Source of the DNA: Nitrospirota bacterium
Lineage (GTDB): Bacteria; Nitrospirota; UBA9217
Assembly (NCBI GenBank): GCA_963840455.1
Contig: CAWIYV010000009.1
Span: forward strand, 192,001-256,000
DNA: 64,000 nucleotides
Reading direction: 5' to 3'
Below are positions 1 through 11,215 of the stretch, piece after piece. The notes below the pieces were generated by a model. It saw nothing but the letters and a program-made list of their open reading frames with translations. It did not search any database and was not told the origin of the DNA. The position numbers and the translations under genes are program-made. Position 1 is the first letter of the stretch; every line of letters starts with the position of its first letter.

Positions 1-1
1 C

Positions 2-706
2 CTTGCCGCGGCCGGACGGTTCCTCGATGTTGTTCGGGAGTGCGTTCCGGCGCGGGGAAGATTCGCGGTGGCGCTTTCCGGCGGGTCCACGCCGAGGACA
101 TTCTATTCCCTCCTCGCCTCGGATCCCTACCGCAAGGAGGTCGACTGGACGAAGGTGCATGTCTTCTGGGCGGATGAACGGTGCGTTCCGCCGGACGTCA
201 GGGAGAGCAACTACCGGCTGGTGTTCGAGACCCTGTTGTCCGCGGTCCCCGTGCCCGTGGAAAACATCCACCGCGTGCGGGGCGAGGCGTCGCCGGACGA
301 TGCGGCCCGCCTGTATGAAGAGGACCTTCGCGCGTTCTTCAGAGGCGGGCAGGTCCCGGTCTTCGATCTCGCGGTCCTGGGGGCGGGCGACGACGGCCAT
401 ACGGCATCGCTCTTTCCCGGCTCGGAAGCGCTTCGAGAGAGCTCGCGGCTCGCCGTTCCCGTGCAACCGGCTGCGGGTCGGCCCGGCCGCGTAACGCTCA
501 CTCTTCCGGTCCTGAATAACGCGGCCCATGTGCTGGTGCTGGTCTCCGGACCGTCGAAAGCCTCCGTCGTACAGGAGATATTCGAAGCGGGGAACGCAAA
601 ACATCTTCCGGCGGGTCTCGTGCGACCGGTGAACGGCACGCTCGAGTGGCTCCTGGACCGGGACGCGGCTTCGCAGGTCCGGTCGGGCGCGTTTATTCGA
701 ACATAA
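2..706 (+). CDS. pgl: 6-phosphogluconolactonase (5'-partial, runs off window start)
   Basis: ALSGGSTP, FWADERCVPP, SNY and LGAGDDGHTASLFP motifs; frame is open back to position 2. Confidence 0.93.
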   Translation, partial: LAAAGRFLDVVRECVPARGRFAVALSGGSTPRTFYSLLASDPYRKEVDWTKVHVFWADERCVPPDVRESNYRLVFETLLSAVPVPVENIHRVRGEASPDDAARLYEEDLRAFFRGGQVPVFDLAVLGAGDDGHTASLFPGSEALRESSRLAVPVQPAAGRPGRVTLTLPVLNNAAHVLVLVSGPSKASVVQEIFEAGNAKHLPAGLVRPVNGTLEWLLDRDAASQVRSGAFIRT

Positions 707-739
707 GGTCCGGTCGGGCCCGTCCGGGGGGAGTGGAAC

Positions 740-1456
740 GTGACGAACAAGAAAAAGATCATTCTCGGGTCTGTGCTGCTGGGCACGATCGTGCTTGTGG
801 TCGGTCTGCTGGAGCACCACTTTCACATTGCCGCGTACCTGAGCCCCGAAGTGATCCACGACCGCATCACGCGGTTGGGCGCATGGGCGCCCGTCGCCTA
901 CATGACCGCCATGCTAATCACCGTGGTCATCCATCTGCCGAGCCTGCCGCTCGACATCGCGGCGGGGGCCATGTTCGGCCCCGTCCTCGGTACGCTCTAC
1001 TCGGTCACAGCAGCGACCATCGGCTCGCTCTTCAACTTCTGGCTCGCCCGCTTTCTGGGCCGGGCCATGATCGAACCGTACCTGAAAGGGCACGCCAACT
1101 TCTGCAGGTCCTGCTCCGACCGGCTCCTGACCAGGGTCGTCTTTGCCACGAGGCTGATCCCGGTCTTCTCGATTGGATTGATCAGCTTCGGGGCCGGCCT
1201 CACGACCATGTCTGCGAGGAACTTTCTCCTGGCGACGTTCCTCGGCATGGTCCCGGCGAGCTTCACGTACAGCTACTTCGGCTCGATCTTCCCCATCGGG
1301 CCGTGGCTGCCGGTGATCTCCGGCGTCCTGATGGTCGCCGTCTTACTGCTCCTTCCGTACTGGGTCGACCGGTACAACCTGTTCCATCTCCGGGACCTTT
1401 TCCAGCATGTCAAGCAGGACCAGGCAACGGAAAACGAGCACTGCGACCGGAAATGA
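740..1456 (+). CDS. TVP38/TMEM64 (DedA/VTT superfamily) membrane protein
   Basis: Hydrophobic; AAGAMFGPVLGTLYS, RLIPVFS and ATFLGMVP motifs. Confidence 0.85.
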   Translation: MTNKKKIILGSVLLGTIVLVVGLLEHHFHIAAYLSPEVIHDRITRLGAWAPVAYMTAMLITVVIHLPSLPLDIAAGAMFGPVLGTLYSVTAATIGSLFNFWLARFLGRAMIEPYLKGHANFCRSCSDRLLTRVVFATRLIPVFSIGLISFGAGLTTMSARNFLLATFLGMVPASFTYSYFGSIFPIGPWLPVISGVLMVAVLLLLPYWVDRYNLFHLRDLFQHVKQDQATENEHCDRK

Positions 1457-1476
1457 GGTCGCGAACGTCTTCACCT

Positions 1477-2181
1477 TTAACGGTAGAACCTTGCCAGATG
1501 TTTCGGAGACACCCCGCAACAGTACAGCGACTGGAGCATCCAGTTCCTGAAAGTGGTGAACAGGACTCCTTCCCGTTCCCAGCGCCGCGCCGAGGTCTGA
1601 GCCTTGTCGGGGATGATGCAGATGACGCCGCCCCGCCTGCGGATGCGCCGCATGAGCTCCACGTCCTCCATGATCGGGAACTCCCCGTACCCGCTGATCC
1701 GTTCGAAGTATTCCCTCCTGATGAAGATCGCCTGGTCGCCGAAGGGGATGCGGGTGATCCGGGTGCGCAGAGCGACATAGCGTTCGGTGATCCGGAATAT
1801 CTTTCGGGCCGACCTGATGCCCAGATCAAAGCACCCTGACATGTACTCTGCTTCCTGAAAGGCATCCTGGATGCGCATGAATGCGTTACGCGGGAGAAGA
1901 GTGTCGGCGTGGAGGAACAGGAGGATGTCTCCTTCTGCTAGGGCGGCGCCCCTGTTCATCTGAACAGCGCGGCCCCGCGCGCCAATTGCCGTGATGACGC
2001 CGGCGTCATGGATGGCCCTGATGGTGCATCCCCCGGGATCGCCGTCCACGACGACAATCTCGACGTCCTTGCCGCCCTCCAGGCCGCGAAGATGGGAGAT
2101 GAGGCCATTGATGCCTTCGGCCTCGTTCAGGACAGGGATGATGATGGAGATCACGGGGTTCGTGTTCTTTGAGCGAAGCAT
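1477..2181 (-). CDS. GT2 glycosyltransferase, TIGR04283-like
   Basis: ISIIIPVLNEA, GRAVQMNRGA, LFLHADT, PFGDQAIF, PIMEDVEL, TSARRW; start moved to ATG 2181 because the longer ORF begins inside a repeat. Confidence 0.85.
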   Translation of the reverse strand: MLRSKNTNPVISIIIPVLNEAEGINGLISHLRGLEGGKDVEIVVVDGDPGGCTIRAIHDAGVITAIGARGRAVQMNRGAALAEGDILLFLHADTLLPRNAFMRIQDAFQEAEYMSGCFDLGIRSARKIFRITERYVALRTRITRIPFGDQAIFIRREYFERISGYGEFPIMEDVELMRRIRRRGGVICIIPDKAQTSARRWEREGVLFTTFRNWMLQSLYCCGVSPKHLARFYR

Positions 2182-2201
2182 GCTATTTCGGGGGCAGCGC
2201 A

Positions 2202-2312
2202 TTGAAGCTCCCTGCAGCAAGCTGCAGGGAATCTTCGATCCTCAGGGTAGTAGTTTATTCTAATCGCTTGCTAACCCCGCAGCAAGCTGTGGAGAATTAG
2301 CTCGCTCCTGGA
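2202..2312 (-). mobile_element. IS200/IS605-like non-autonomous palindromic element, copy 1
   Basis: TCCAGGAGCGAGC..hairpin..hairpin..GGGAGCTTCAA on the minus strand; supplies the stop codon of the adjacent lipoprotein gene. Confidence 0.75.
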
Positions 2313-2743
2313 CTTATTGCCGCGCGGATATCCTCGATCCTTTTCCGGTTCACGCCGAGATCGGAGTATCCGATACGGGAGGATGAGCGGACCTGGATGA
2401 CCGCCGCGCGTTCGTCAAGAAAGAACTCAACGTCGTCCACGAAGCGGAACAGGGCGCTGGTGTACTCTGCATGGATATACGAGCCGGTCGACCTGATGAT
2501 CCGTGACCGTTTCATGCTGATGACGATCTTCTTCAATCGGTCCATGGCCTCTCCGGGAGAGCCGGTATAGCGCAGGGGCTCGATGCTGTGGTCCCGGTCA
2601 CTGCTCTGGCTGGAAACGCAGTTCGGTGAAGCAGGGCAGGGCGCAAGCTTTCCGTCGTGAACGCCGAGGTTCACGGGTCTCGTGCCCGTGCAGCCGGCGA
2701 GGAGCAGGCCCAGGGACAACAAAGAGGGAAGAGATCTTGTCAT
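2297..2743 (-). CDS. DUF1499-like lipoprotein
   Basis: Lipobox LLAGC, LAPCPASPNCVSSQ, FVDDVEF, RSSSRIGYSDLGVNRKRIE; AGGAG upstream of ATG 2743. Confidence 0.85.
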   Translation of the reverse strand: MTRSLPSLLSLGLLLAGCTGTRPVNLGVHDGKLAPCPASPNCVSSQSSDRDHSIEPLRYTGSPGEAMDRLKKIVISMKRSRIIRSTGSYIHAEYTSALFRFVDDVEFFLDERAAVIQVRSSSRIGYSDLGVNRKRIEDIRAAISPGAS

Positions 2744-2823
2744 AAAGCGTCTCCTGTATGCCGGACCGATCATTATGTAACTCTTATCTCATGAACGACA
2801 GGCATGAACACGAATTACACGGA

Positions 2824-2869
2824 TCCAGGAGCGAGCGCATCCCCCGCAGTCTGCTGCAGGGAGCTTCAA
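2824..2869 (+). mobile_element. IS200/IS605-like element, short single-hairpin copy 2
   Basis: TCCAGGAGCGAGCGCAT-CCCCCGCAGTCTGCTGCAGGGAGC-TTCAA; same ends as the full copies. Confidence 0.7.
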
Positions 2870-3077
2870 TATACGAATTGCACAAATGAACTTAAGAACG
2901 GCATGACACTGATCAGACCAGATAAGAGTCGGATAACGGTGGATCTGTTCTTAATAGAAAGCTTCAATATCCCCTGTCCCTAGGTCTATTCGTGCTATTT
3001 GTACCATTCGTGACATTCGTGTTAAAGACTATTCCCTTCCTTGAGATCGTGCTGTCAATGTCAGACAGTATGTCGCT

Positions 3078-4022
3078 TCATCGGGTCTCAGCTATACCAT
3101 CGCCATAGTGGTCCTTCTCCGGATGGATCTTTGTGATCAGCGAGGTATCGAATATCTCGTCCTGTCCCAGTTCCCGCTTGATGTATCCCAGTTCCTTCAG
3201 TGCTCTGACGAAGTTCATGGTTGAGGAAATGTATCCCCCCGTGAGAGCGGCACAGTACTTCGGGGAGATCCGGAGTGTCTCGAGCACGAATTCCCGGTCG
3301 ATGATCCCCACGTGGTCCGCGATGGCCTGCGCTGCCGCGGAAGGATCGCCCCTGAGCATTGCTTCGGCCTCTTCATGCGCCTGCAGAAAGCGCTCGACGG
3401 CCTCTCGATGGTCGCGGAGGAACGAGCGGTCAACGACGATGCCGTAGCTGGGGTTCTGCGGCCAGAGCTTTGCCGCGGGAACAAGGACCCTGCCGCCGGC
3501 GAAATGCCTGATCGCAACCGCAAGGGCAGGGGTACCGAAGGCTGCCGCCACTTCGTCCTTCGCCACGGCCTCGGTGACCAGGTCCGCCCAGGGATAGTTC
3601 ACGACCGTAATGCTCCTGCCGGGCGCATATCGCGCGATGCAATCTTTCAGGATCACATCGTGGATGGAGCCGTTCCCCGGCACGCCGATCCTCTTCCCTG
3701 CAAACTGGCCGAGGACAGCGCCCAGGTCCTCCAGCTCGGGATGTCCCCGCCACTGCGTTTTCCCGGCCATGACCGTGCCTTCCACATGGCCGCCGGCGAT
3801 GCAGACGACCGGGATGCCCTGCTCCATGCCGATGATGGCCGGCGGCAGGCCGATGTACGCCATGTCGAGCCCGTTGCTCCGGAAGGCCTGCATGATGGCG
3901 GGGCCCGTGCCCATGAGCTTCCATTCCACGTCAGCGGCCATGCGGGCGGTCAGTTCCTTCCTCGCCATCAGGAGGATCGCGGTATGGTAGAAGGTAGAGA
4001 GATGTCCGATCCTGAGCTTCAC
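3078..4022 (-). CDS. ABC transporter substrate-binding protein, NMT1/SsuA/TauA-like, orphan
   Basis: LDMAYIGLPPAI and IGVPGNGSIHD motifs; no adjacent permease or ATPase. Confidence 0.75.
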   Translation of the reverse strand: MKLRIGHLSTFYHTAILLMARKELTARMAADVEWKLMGTGPAIMQAFRSNGLDMAYIGLPPAIIGMEQGIPVVCIAGGHVEGTVMAGKTQWRGHPELEDLGAVLGQFAGKRIGVPGNGSIHDVILKDCIARYAPGRSITVVNYPWADLVTEAVAKDEVAAAFGTPALAVAIRHFAGGRVLVPAAKLWPQNPSYGIVVDRSFLRDHREAVERFLQAHEEAEAMLRGDPSAAAQAIADHVGIIDREFVLETLRISPKYCAALTGGYISSTMNFVRALKELGYIKRELGQDEIFDTSLITKIHPEKDHYGDGIAETR

Positions 4023-4412
4023 GGATTCATCATAGTCCGCATTTCCTGAGGAGTCAAGCAGCGGGATTTCGGATTGTGGAATGAAACAATAATAAAGAGT
4101 TGTCGGGATGGATGCATGCGGATTGTTTTTTGGATCGTCTCCCTCTTGAGGGGGTATGTTTTATTGCTTGAAGAGACGTATTTTTTTGCATATCCCCTTC
4201 GCGTCCTGAATGAATTTCCTGACCCGTCTAAGGCCACGTCCGCTCGCCCGCGCAAACTCGGCCTTCTGCCTCAGACATGCGCGTTCGCCCTGCGGAACGC
4301 TGCCTTAGGCCAAGATGGGTGCCCAGGAATTTCATAGGGCCGCTCCGGGGACATGCGGGGGTTGGGTAAAGACGTAAGCCTTGTTTTTCCAGAAGCCCCT
4401 GCATCCCGTGAA

Positions 4413-4515
4413 TCCAGGAGCGAGCTCAGCCCCGCAGTTTGGGCTCAGCGAGCGACTAGAATAAAGACTACCCCGAGGATCGAAGCTCCATGCAGTTTGC
4501 TTTTGGGAGCTTCAA
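4413..4515 (+). mobile_element. IS200/IS605-like element, copy 3 (diverged)
   Basis: Follows TGAA, begins TCCAGG, ends CTTCAA; absent from the paralogous site at 41727/41728. Confidence 0.85.
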
Positions 4516-4670
4516 CAGGTCCGTGCACAAGCATGCGAAAGCAGTCCCGGCCAATTCCACCACCAAGCCAGGCAGACACGGCCGAGCCCTTATTCCTGGG
4601 CGAAGGGAAGTGCTGCGATGCTCGAGTAAACTTGTCAACAGTACAAGCCCTGCATGCCTGCACGGACCTG
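4516..4670. mobile_element. 155-bp MITE, copy A
   Basis: Terminal inverted repeats CAGGTCCGTGCA...TGCACGGACCTG; TGAA at 4409-4412 and 4671-4674 as target duplication. Confidence 0.8.
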
Positions 4671-4933
4671 TGAACCGGGGTGCAGAAAAAAGAGAACCAA
4701 GGAGAACTTCCTCGTACGGACATTAATTTGCCCGAGATTTTTATCATAGTGCCCCGCTCGTTCTGGAGATGCTCAGTTTTTTTAAAGCGCTGATCACGCC
4801 TCCGATCGGCCTTGACACGTCCAGGGCGTCTTGAAGAGAGAATAAGAAGTCGGGGAATCCGCAATCCGAAATCCGCAATTGCATCATTTGCTTTGCTGTT
4901 GAAGGGGGACGGGGGAGTGTGCTACTATGGCTC

Positions 4934-6907
4934 ATGAAGACTGCGCTGCAGAGCGGCAGCTCGGAACTCCTGAAGGCCTTCGATGTCCTGAGCCTGCCGG
5001 TGTTCATCATCGATGCGGGCGGGAAGGTCGTCTTATGCAATGGCAGTGCGACGCGGGCATTCGGCTGGCGACAGGACGAGATGGTCGGCCTCGACGTGGC
5101 GCGGTTCGTGAGCCTCGAGGGGACGCGGTCAGGCCCTGCCCTGTCGCCCGTTGTATCGGCGCCGTTGCCCTGTTTCCGTAAGGATGGAGGGTCCTTCCAC
5201 TCGCGCATCGCCGTCATACCCGCAATGGATGCCCGGTCCGTCCTCCGGACCGTCGTGGTGCGGGACGCTCCGGAGGATGGCCTGCCCGCATGCGCACCGC
5301 CCGGCAAGGTGGCCCAGGTGGAGCTCATCAACGAGCTCTCGGGCATCATCAACTCCAGCCTCAGCATCGGGACCATCTTCCGCATGGTGGTCTCCGAGCT
5401 CAAGAAGCTCATCGCCTACAGCCGGGCGAGCCTTCTGCTCTACAGCGAAGCGGACGACACGCTCCTGATCTTCGCCCTGGACACCGAGATGAAGACGGCC
5501 ATGAAGAAGGGCGTCAAAGCGCCGATCGAGGGCACCAGCGCAGGCTGGGTCGTGCGGAACAACAAACCCTGGATCAGCGAAGATCTGAACAAAACACAGT
5601 TCCCCCTGGACCGCAAGCTGCTCAAGGAAGGGATCCGCTCCACCGTCAGCATTCCCCTCTACCATGACCGCATGCTCGGCGTGTTCAACTTCGACAGCAC
5701 CGTGCCCGGCCAGTATTCGGAGCAGGACCTCGACGTCCTGTTGATGGTGGCCAAGCACATCGCCATCGCCCTGGAGAACGCGCTGCTCTTCGAGGAGATC
5801 TCGAAGGAGAAGAAGGAGTGGGAGCGGACCTTTGATGCCATCACCGACATGGTCTGGATCGAGGACGGCAAGCAGCAGGTCGTCCGCGCCAACCAGACCC
5901 TGCTCGCCAGGACGGGCTTCACCAAGTCCGAGATCACCGGGATATTCTGCGGCGAGCTGCTGGACCGCATCGGCATCTCCGTCACCCAGTGCCTCTGCCT
6001 CGACACCCTCACCGGCAAGCGGCCGTCCTTCCAGGAACTGAAGAGCAGCGCCGGGAATATCTTCCACTTCTGGGCCTACCCGCTCATCGACGACGAGGGC
6101 AGGCTCTACGCCATTGTCCACTACCTCAAGGACGTGACAGGGCAAAAGCGGCTGGAGCAGCAGCTGATCCGGTCGGACAAGCTGGCATCACTGGGCACGC
6201 TCGTGGCGGGCATCGCCCACGAGATCAACAATCCCCTCGGCATCATCGCCGGATACTCCGAGGCGCTGCTCGACCGCGCACATGACCCGGCGCTTGCCGG
6301 CGTCCGGGGCTTCGAGGACTTTCCCGAGTATCTTCGGACCATCCATAGCGAGATCTTCCGGTGCAAGGACATCCTCAAGAGCCTGCTCGAGTTCGCGCGG
6401 CCGTCGGGAGGCACCTTCCGGGAGATCGACATCAACGAGCTTATCAAGGAAGTGCTCCTTCTGCTCCAGCACCGGACCGCGCGGCTCCAGCACACCCTGT
6501 CGCTCACGCTGAACCGCGACCTGCCGAAGATCTACGCCGATGCGGGGAGCCTTCGCCAGCTCCTGATGAACCTGCTCCTGAACGCCATCTATTTCACGCC
6601 TGTCGGGGGCAGTATCTTCATCACGACCGGGTCCGACTCAGCCATCCAGGATGCGGGAAGCAGCATGGCCGCGGGCCGGATCCGGCTGTCTGTCCGGGAC
6701 ACGGGCGCTGGCATTCCCGCCGGCCTCATCGACAAGGTGTTCGATCCCTTCTTCACCACGAAGCCCGTCGGCGAGGGCACCGGCCTCGGCCTCACCATTT
6801 GCCACCGCATCGTGGAGGAGCATGGCGGCACCATCGATGTGGAGAGCGAGCCTGGGAAGGGCGCGACCTTCACCATCACGCTGCCGTCGGTCGGGAGCAG
6901 GGAATGA
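4934..6907 (+). CDS. Sensor histidine kinase, PAS-GAF-PAS-HisKA-HATPase
   Basis: H-box AGIAHEINNPL, NLLLNA, DTGAGI, FDPFFTTK, GTGLGL; start uncertain (4919 or 4934). Confidence 0.93.
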   Translation: MKTALQSGSSELLKAFDVLSLPVFIIDAGGKVVLCNGSATRAFGWRQDEMVGLDVARFVSLEGTRSGPALSPVVSAPLPCFRKDGGSFHSRIAVIPAMDARSVLRTVVVRDAPEDGLPACAPPGKVAQVELINELSGIINSSLSIGTIFRMVVSELKKLIAYSRASLLLYSEADDTLLIFALDTEMKTAMKKGVKAPIEGTSAGWVVRNNKPWISEDLNKTQFPLDRKLLKEGIRSTVSIPLYHDRMLGVFNFDSTVPGQYSEQDLDVLLMVAKHIAIALENALLFEEISKEKKEWERTFDAITDMVWIEDGKQQVVRANQTLLARTGFTKSEITGIFCGELLDRIGISVTQCLCLDTLTGKRPSFQELKSSAGNIFHFWAYPLIDDEGRLYAIVHYLKDVTGQKRLEQQLIRSDKLASLGTLVAGIAHEINNPLGIIAGYSEALLDRAHDPALAGVRGFEDFPEYLRTIHSEIFRCKDILKSLLEFARPSGGTFREIDINELIKEVLLLLQHRTARLQHTLSLTLNRDLPKIYADAGSLRQLLMNLLLNAIYFTPVGGSIFITTGSDSAIQDAGSSMAAGRIRLSVRDTGAGIPAGLIDKVFDPFFTTKPVGEGTGLGLTICHRIVEEHGGTIDVESEPGKGATFTITLPSVGSRE

Positions 6908-6969
6908 CGGTCACCGTTCAACGAAAACCGTCACCGCGAACGCAGAGGAAACCCAGGGCAAGAATATTT

Positions 6970-7104
6970 ACCGCGAAGGCGCGAAGGACGTTAAAAACAA
7001 TGAGGACCTTTCTTCAATACTTTAATAAAAAATCTCCAAGATTTCCTTCGCGACCTTTGCGCCTTCGCGGTTCCAATGTTTAGTTCCGGCTTGTCCGGGT
7101 CAGG
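6970..7104. repeat. 9-bp-period inverted repeat with CCGGACAAGCCGG-type flank
   Basis: ACCGCGAAGGCGCGAAG...CTTTGCGCCTTCGCGGT; relatives at 29789, 39378 and 42653. Confidence 0.75.
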
Positions 7105-7106
7105 AA

Positions 7107-8447
<1,341 letters not shown>

Positions 8448-8511
8448 TACGAGCTGCCGCGGAACGCGACATCCAATGTTGACTTGTGATAATCGGTGTG
8501 CTACCGTTAAA

Positions 8512-8586
8512 TCAAAGGGCGAGCGAAATGAATGAATTTACTGCCTCGAGGCCGAAGCTCCTGCGGCTTTCTGCAGAGAGCTTCAA
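8512..8586 (+). mobile_element. IS200/IS605-like element, degenerate copy 4
   Basis: GAGGCCGAAGCTCCTGCGGCTTTCTGCAGAGAGCTTCAA right end; left hairpin missing. Confidence 0.6.
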
Positions 8587-8687
8587 CAGCCGGAAAAGAA
8601 AAGCGTTCTTGTTCAAAACCTCTGATGGAATGGAAGATGAAATGATGCCCCGGTGCATTTCCTATCTTATGCGGTGCAAAGGAGGAC

Positions 8688-10109
8688 GTGATGAAAAGGC
8701 GATATACGCGGCGTGATTTTCTCAAACAGGCAGGCATTGGCGCAGCGACCCTGGCGGCAGGGCCGGCGATCCTGAGTGACGTGTTCGCTCAGGGGTCCGG
8801 GCGGAAGACCCTCAGGATCCTGCAATGGAGCCACTTTGTCCCGACCCACGACAAATGGTATGACCAATATGCGAAGGAATGGGGAGAAAAGAACAATGTT
8901 GACGTGATCGTCGATCACGTCGGGCTCGCGGACCTGCGGAGCACCTTTGCCGCCGAAGTGGCGGCGGGCAAAGGCCATGATATCGTGGAGTTCATCGATC
9001 CGCCGTCCGATTTCGAGCCGAGCGTCATGGACCTCACCGACCTGAACCAGGAGGCCGTCAAACGCTTCGGGAAGCAGCTCCCCGTGGCCACGCGCAGCAC
9101 CTATAATTCCTATACAAAGAAGTACTACGGTTTCTGCCATGGCTGGACGATCGACCCGGGCGATTACCGCAAGTCCCTCTGGGAGAAGGCCGGAAAGCCC
9201 AACGGACCGGAGACGTGGGAGGACCTGCTGGTCTACGGCGCAAAGATCAAGAACGAGCAGGGTGTCCAGATGGGAATCGGCATCTCCCAGGAGCTCGATT
9301 CGAACATGGCCGAGCGAACCCTTCTGTGGTCCTTCGATTCTTCCATCCAGGACGCGAACGAGAACGTCGTCCTGGACAACAAGAATACCGTTGAGGCCGT
9401 GAAGTTCATGATCGAACTGTACCAGAAGACCATGACGCCCGAGGTGTTCGGCTGGACCGCGGCATCGAACAACCAACTTCTGCTCGCCGGCAAGGCGTCG
9501 TACATCCTGAACTCGATCTCCGCCTACCGGTCCGCGCAGAAGGACGTTCCCGAGGTGGCCAAGGACGTGTTCTTCACGCCGGCGCTCAAGGGGCCGCGCG
9601 GCACGCGGTGGGCCTGCGAGCACGTCATCTATGTGACCGTGATCCCCAAGTTTGCCGAGAAGAACGCCGACCTGTCTAAGAAGTTCCTGCTCGACCGGGT
9701 CGCGAACTACGACCGGGCCATGTGGGAGAGCAAACTCTACAACTCGCCTGCTTTCTTCAGCGCTTCGGTCCCGGTCGGCGAGCGCGGATACCCTGCGGTT
9801 GCCCAAGCGAAGCAGCTGCGCGATCTGCACAATGCGTGGTTCAGCAAGGACCCCTTCGCGCTCCCCGGCGAGCGGACCGACAAGCTGATGCCGCTCAAGG
9901 ATGCCGAGTCGTGGAGCACCAACGTAGGCTTCCCGGGCACGGCGAACCCGGCCGAGGGAGAGATCTTCGGCACCTTCGTTCTGCCGGGAATGTTCGCCCG
10001 CGTGGCCCAGGGCAAGCAGAGCGCCGAGGAATCGGTGAAACAGGCCGCTGGTCAATGCAAGACCATCTTCGACAAGTGGCGGGCCCAGGGGCTGATCGGA
10101 AAGAAATAA
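8688..10109 (+). CDS. Carbohydrate ABC transporter solute-binding protein, Tat-exported
   Basis: TRRDFLK twin-arginine signal; precedes a MalK-type ATPase and two permeases. Confidence 0.88.
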   Translation: MMKRRYTRRDFLKQAGIGAATLAAGPAILSDVFAQGSGRKTLRILQWSHFVPTHDKWYDQYAKEWGEKNNVDVIVDHVGLADLRSTFAAEVAAGKGHDIVEFIDPPSDFEPSVMDLTDLNQEAVKRFGKQLPVATRSTYNSYTKKYYGFCHGWTIDPGDYRKSLWEKAGKPNGPETWEDLLVYGAKIKNEQGVQMGIGISQELDSNMAERTLLWSFDSSIQDANENVVLDNKNTVEAVKFMIELYQKTMTPEVFGWTAASNNQLLLAGKASYILNSISAYRSAQKDVPEVAKDVFFTPALKGPRGTRWACEHVIYVTVIPKFAEKNADLSKKFLLDRVANYDRAMWESKLYNSPAFFSASVPVGERGYPAVAQAKQLRDLHNAWFSKDPFALPGERTDKLMPLKDAESWSTNVGFPGTANPAEGEIFGTFVLPGMFARVAQGKQSAEESVKQAAGQCKTIFDKWRAQGLIGKK

Positions 10110-10213
10110 ACCTTATGCCACAGAGCATGTAGGGAGCGAAGGGGGGAACCCTGTCACGACGTTTCCCTCGGAGCATTCCGTGAGCTCTGTGGTATTTTAT
10201 TACTGGACACTTC

Positions 10214-11215
10214 ATGGCGAACGTACAACTGGTTGGGATCAAGAAGCACTTTGAAGGCGTAAAAGCCGTCGACGGCATCGACTTGGAGATCGCGGACGGT
10301 GAATTTCTCGTGCTGCTCGGACCTTCGGGGAGCGGCAAGACCACGCTCATGCGACTCGTTGCGGGTCTTGAAAAGCCGACGGGCGGCCGCATCATCATCG
10401 ACGGCCAGCCCGTCAATGACCTCCCGCCGCGCGAACGAGGCATTGCCATGGTCTTCCAGAGCTATGCCCTCTATCCGCATAAGACCGTGTTCGGGAACAT
10501 CTCCTTTCCCCTCAGCGTGGAAGGCATGCCCCGGGAGGATATCCGGAAGAAAGTGGACTGGGCAGCGGGGCTCCTTGGCATCGGCCACCTCCTGGACCGG
10601 ATGCCTTCCCAGATCTCGGGCGGCGAGCGCCAGAGGGTCGCAATCGCACGCGCCCTGGTGAGACGGCCGAAGGTGCTGCTCATGGACGAGCCGTTGTCCA
10701 ACCTGGACGCGAAAGTACGCCACACGGCGCGCGAGGAACTGAAGCTCTTCCAGCGTGAGATCAACGTGACCACGATCTACGTGACCCATGACCAGGCAGA
10801 GGCAATGGGCCTCGGGGACCGGATCGCGGTGATGCACGAAGGCACGGTCCGCCAGATCGGCTCGCCGCAGTCGATCTATCACGATCCCGCCAATACGTTC
10901 GTCGCAGGTTTCGTCGGCATCCCGCCGATGAACTTCATCGAGCAGGGCGGCCTGATCGTCGGTTTCCGGCCGGAGTCGCTCCTGCCGGAAGAGGTGGGCC
11001 CGGAGGCGGAATGCACGCGGTTCCGGCTGCGGGTCGAGCGGGTGGAGGACCTGGGGTCGCATCGTCTGGTGTACGGCACCATCGGCAAGGACAAAATCAT
11101 CGCCAGCCTGACGATCAGCATCCGCCTGTCGGAAGGGGATGAGCATGTTTTTGCGGTCTGCGATCGGGAGATCCGGCGTTTCGATCCGAAGACCGGCGTG
11201 AGGGTGCGCCCATGA
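10214..11215 (+). CDS. Sugar ABC transporter ATP-binding protein, MalK-like
   Basis: GPSGSGKT, MVFQSYALYPH, ISGGERQR, YVTHDQAEAM. Confidence 0.95.
   Translation: MANVQLVGIKKHFEGVKAVDGIDLEIADGEFLVLLGPSGSGKTTLMRLVAGLEKPTGGRIIIDGQPVNDLPPRERGIAMVFQSYALYPHKTVFGNISFPLSVEGMPREDIRKKVDWAAGLLGIGHLLDRMPSQISGGERQRVAIARALVRRPKVLLMDEPLSNLDAKVRHTAREELKLFQREINVTTIYVTHDQAEAMGLGDRIAVMHEGTVRQIGSPQSIYHDPANTFVAGFVGIPPMNFIEQGGLIVGFRPESLLPEEVGPEAECTRFRLRVERVEDLGSHRLVYGTIGKDKIIASLTISIRLSEGDEHVFAVCDREIRRFDPKTGVRVRP

Larger units (their letters stand above)
4138..4698 (-). repeat. Composite structured repeat, inverted copy of 41545-42002
   Basis: Reverse complement aligns by eye with 41545-42002 over ~455 bp, plus a 103-bp extra insert at 4413-4515. 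Confidence 0.9.

Noticed and set aside
4019-4864. Small ORFs here and at 41550-42104 that resemble each other
   Set aside because: The similarity comes from the duplicated non-coding repeat, and frames are not preserved between copies.
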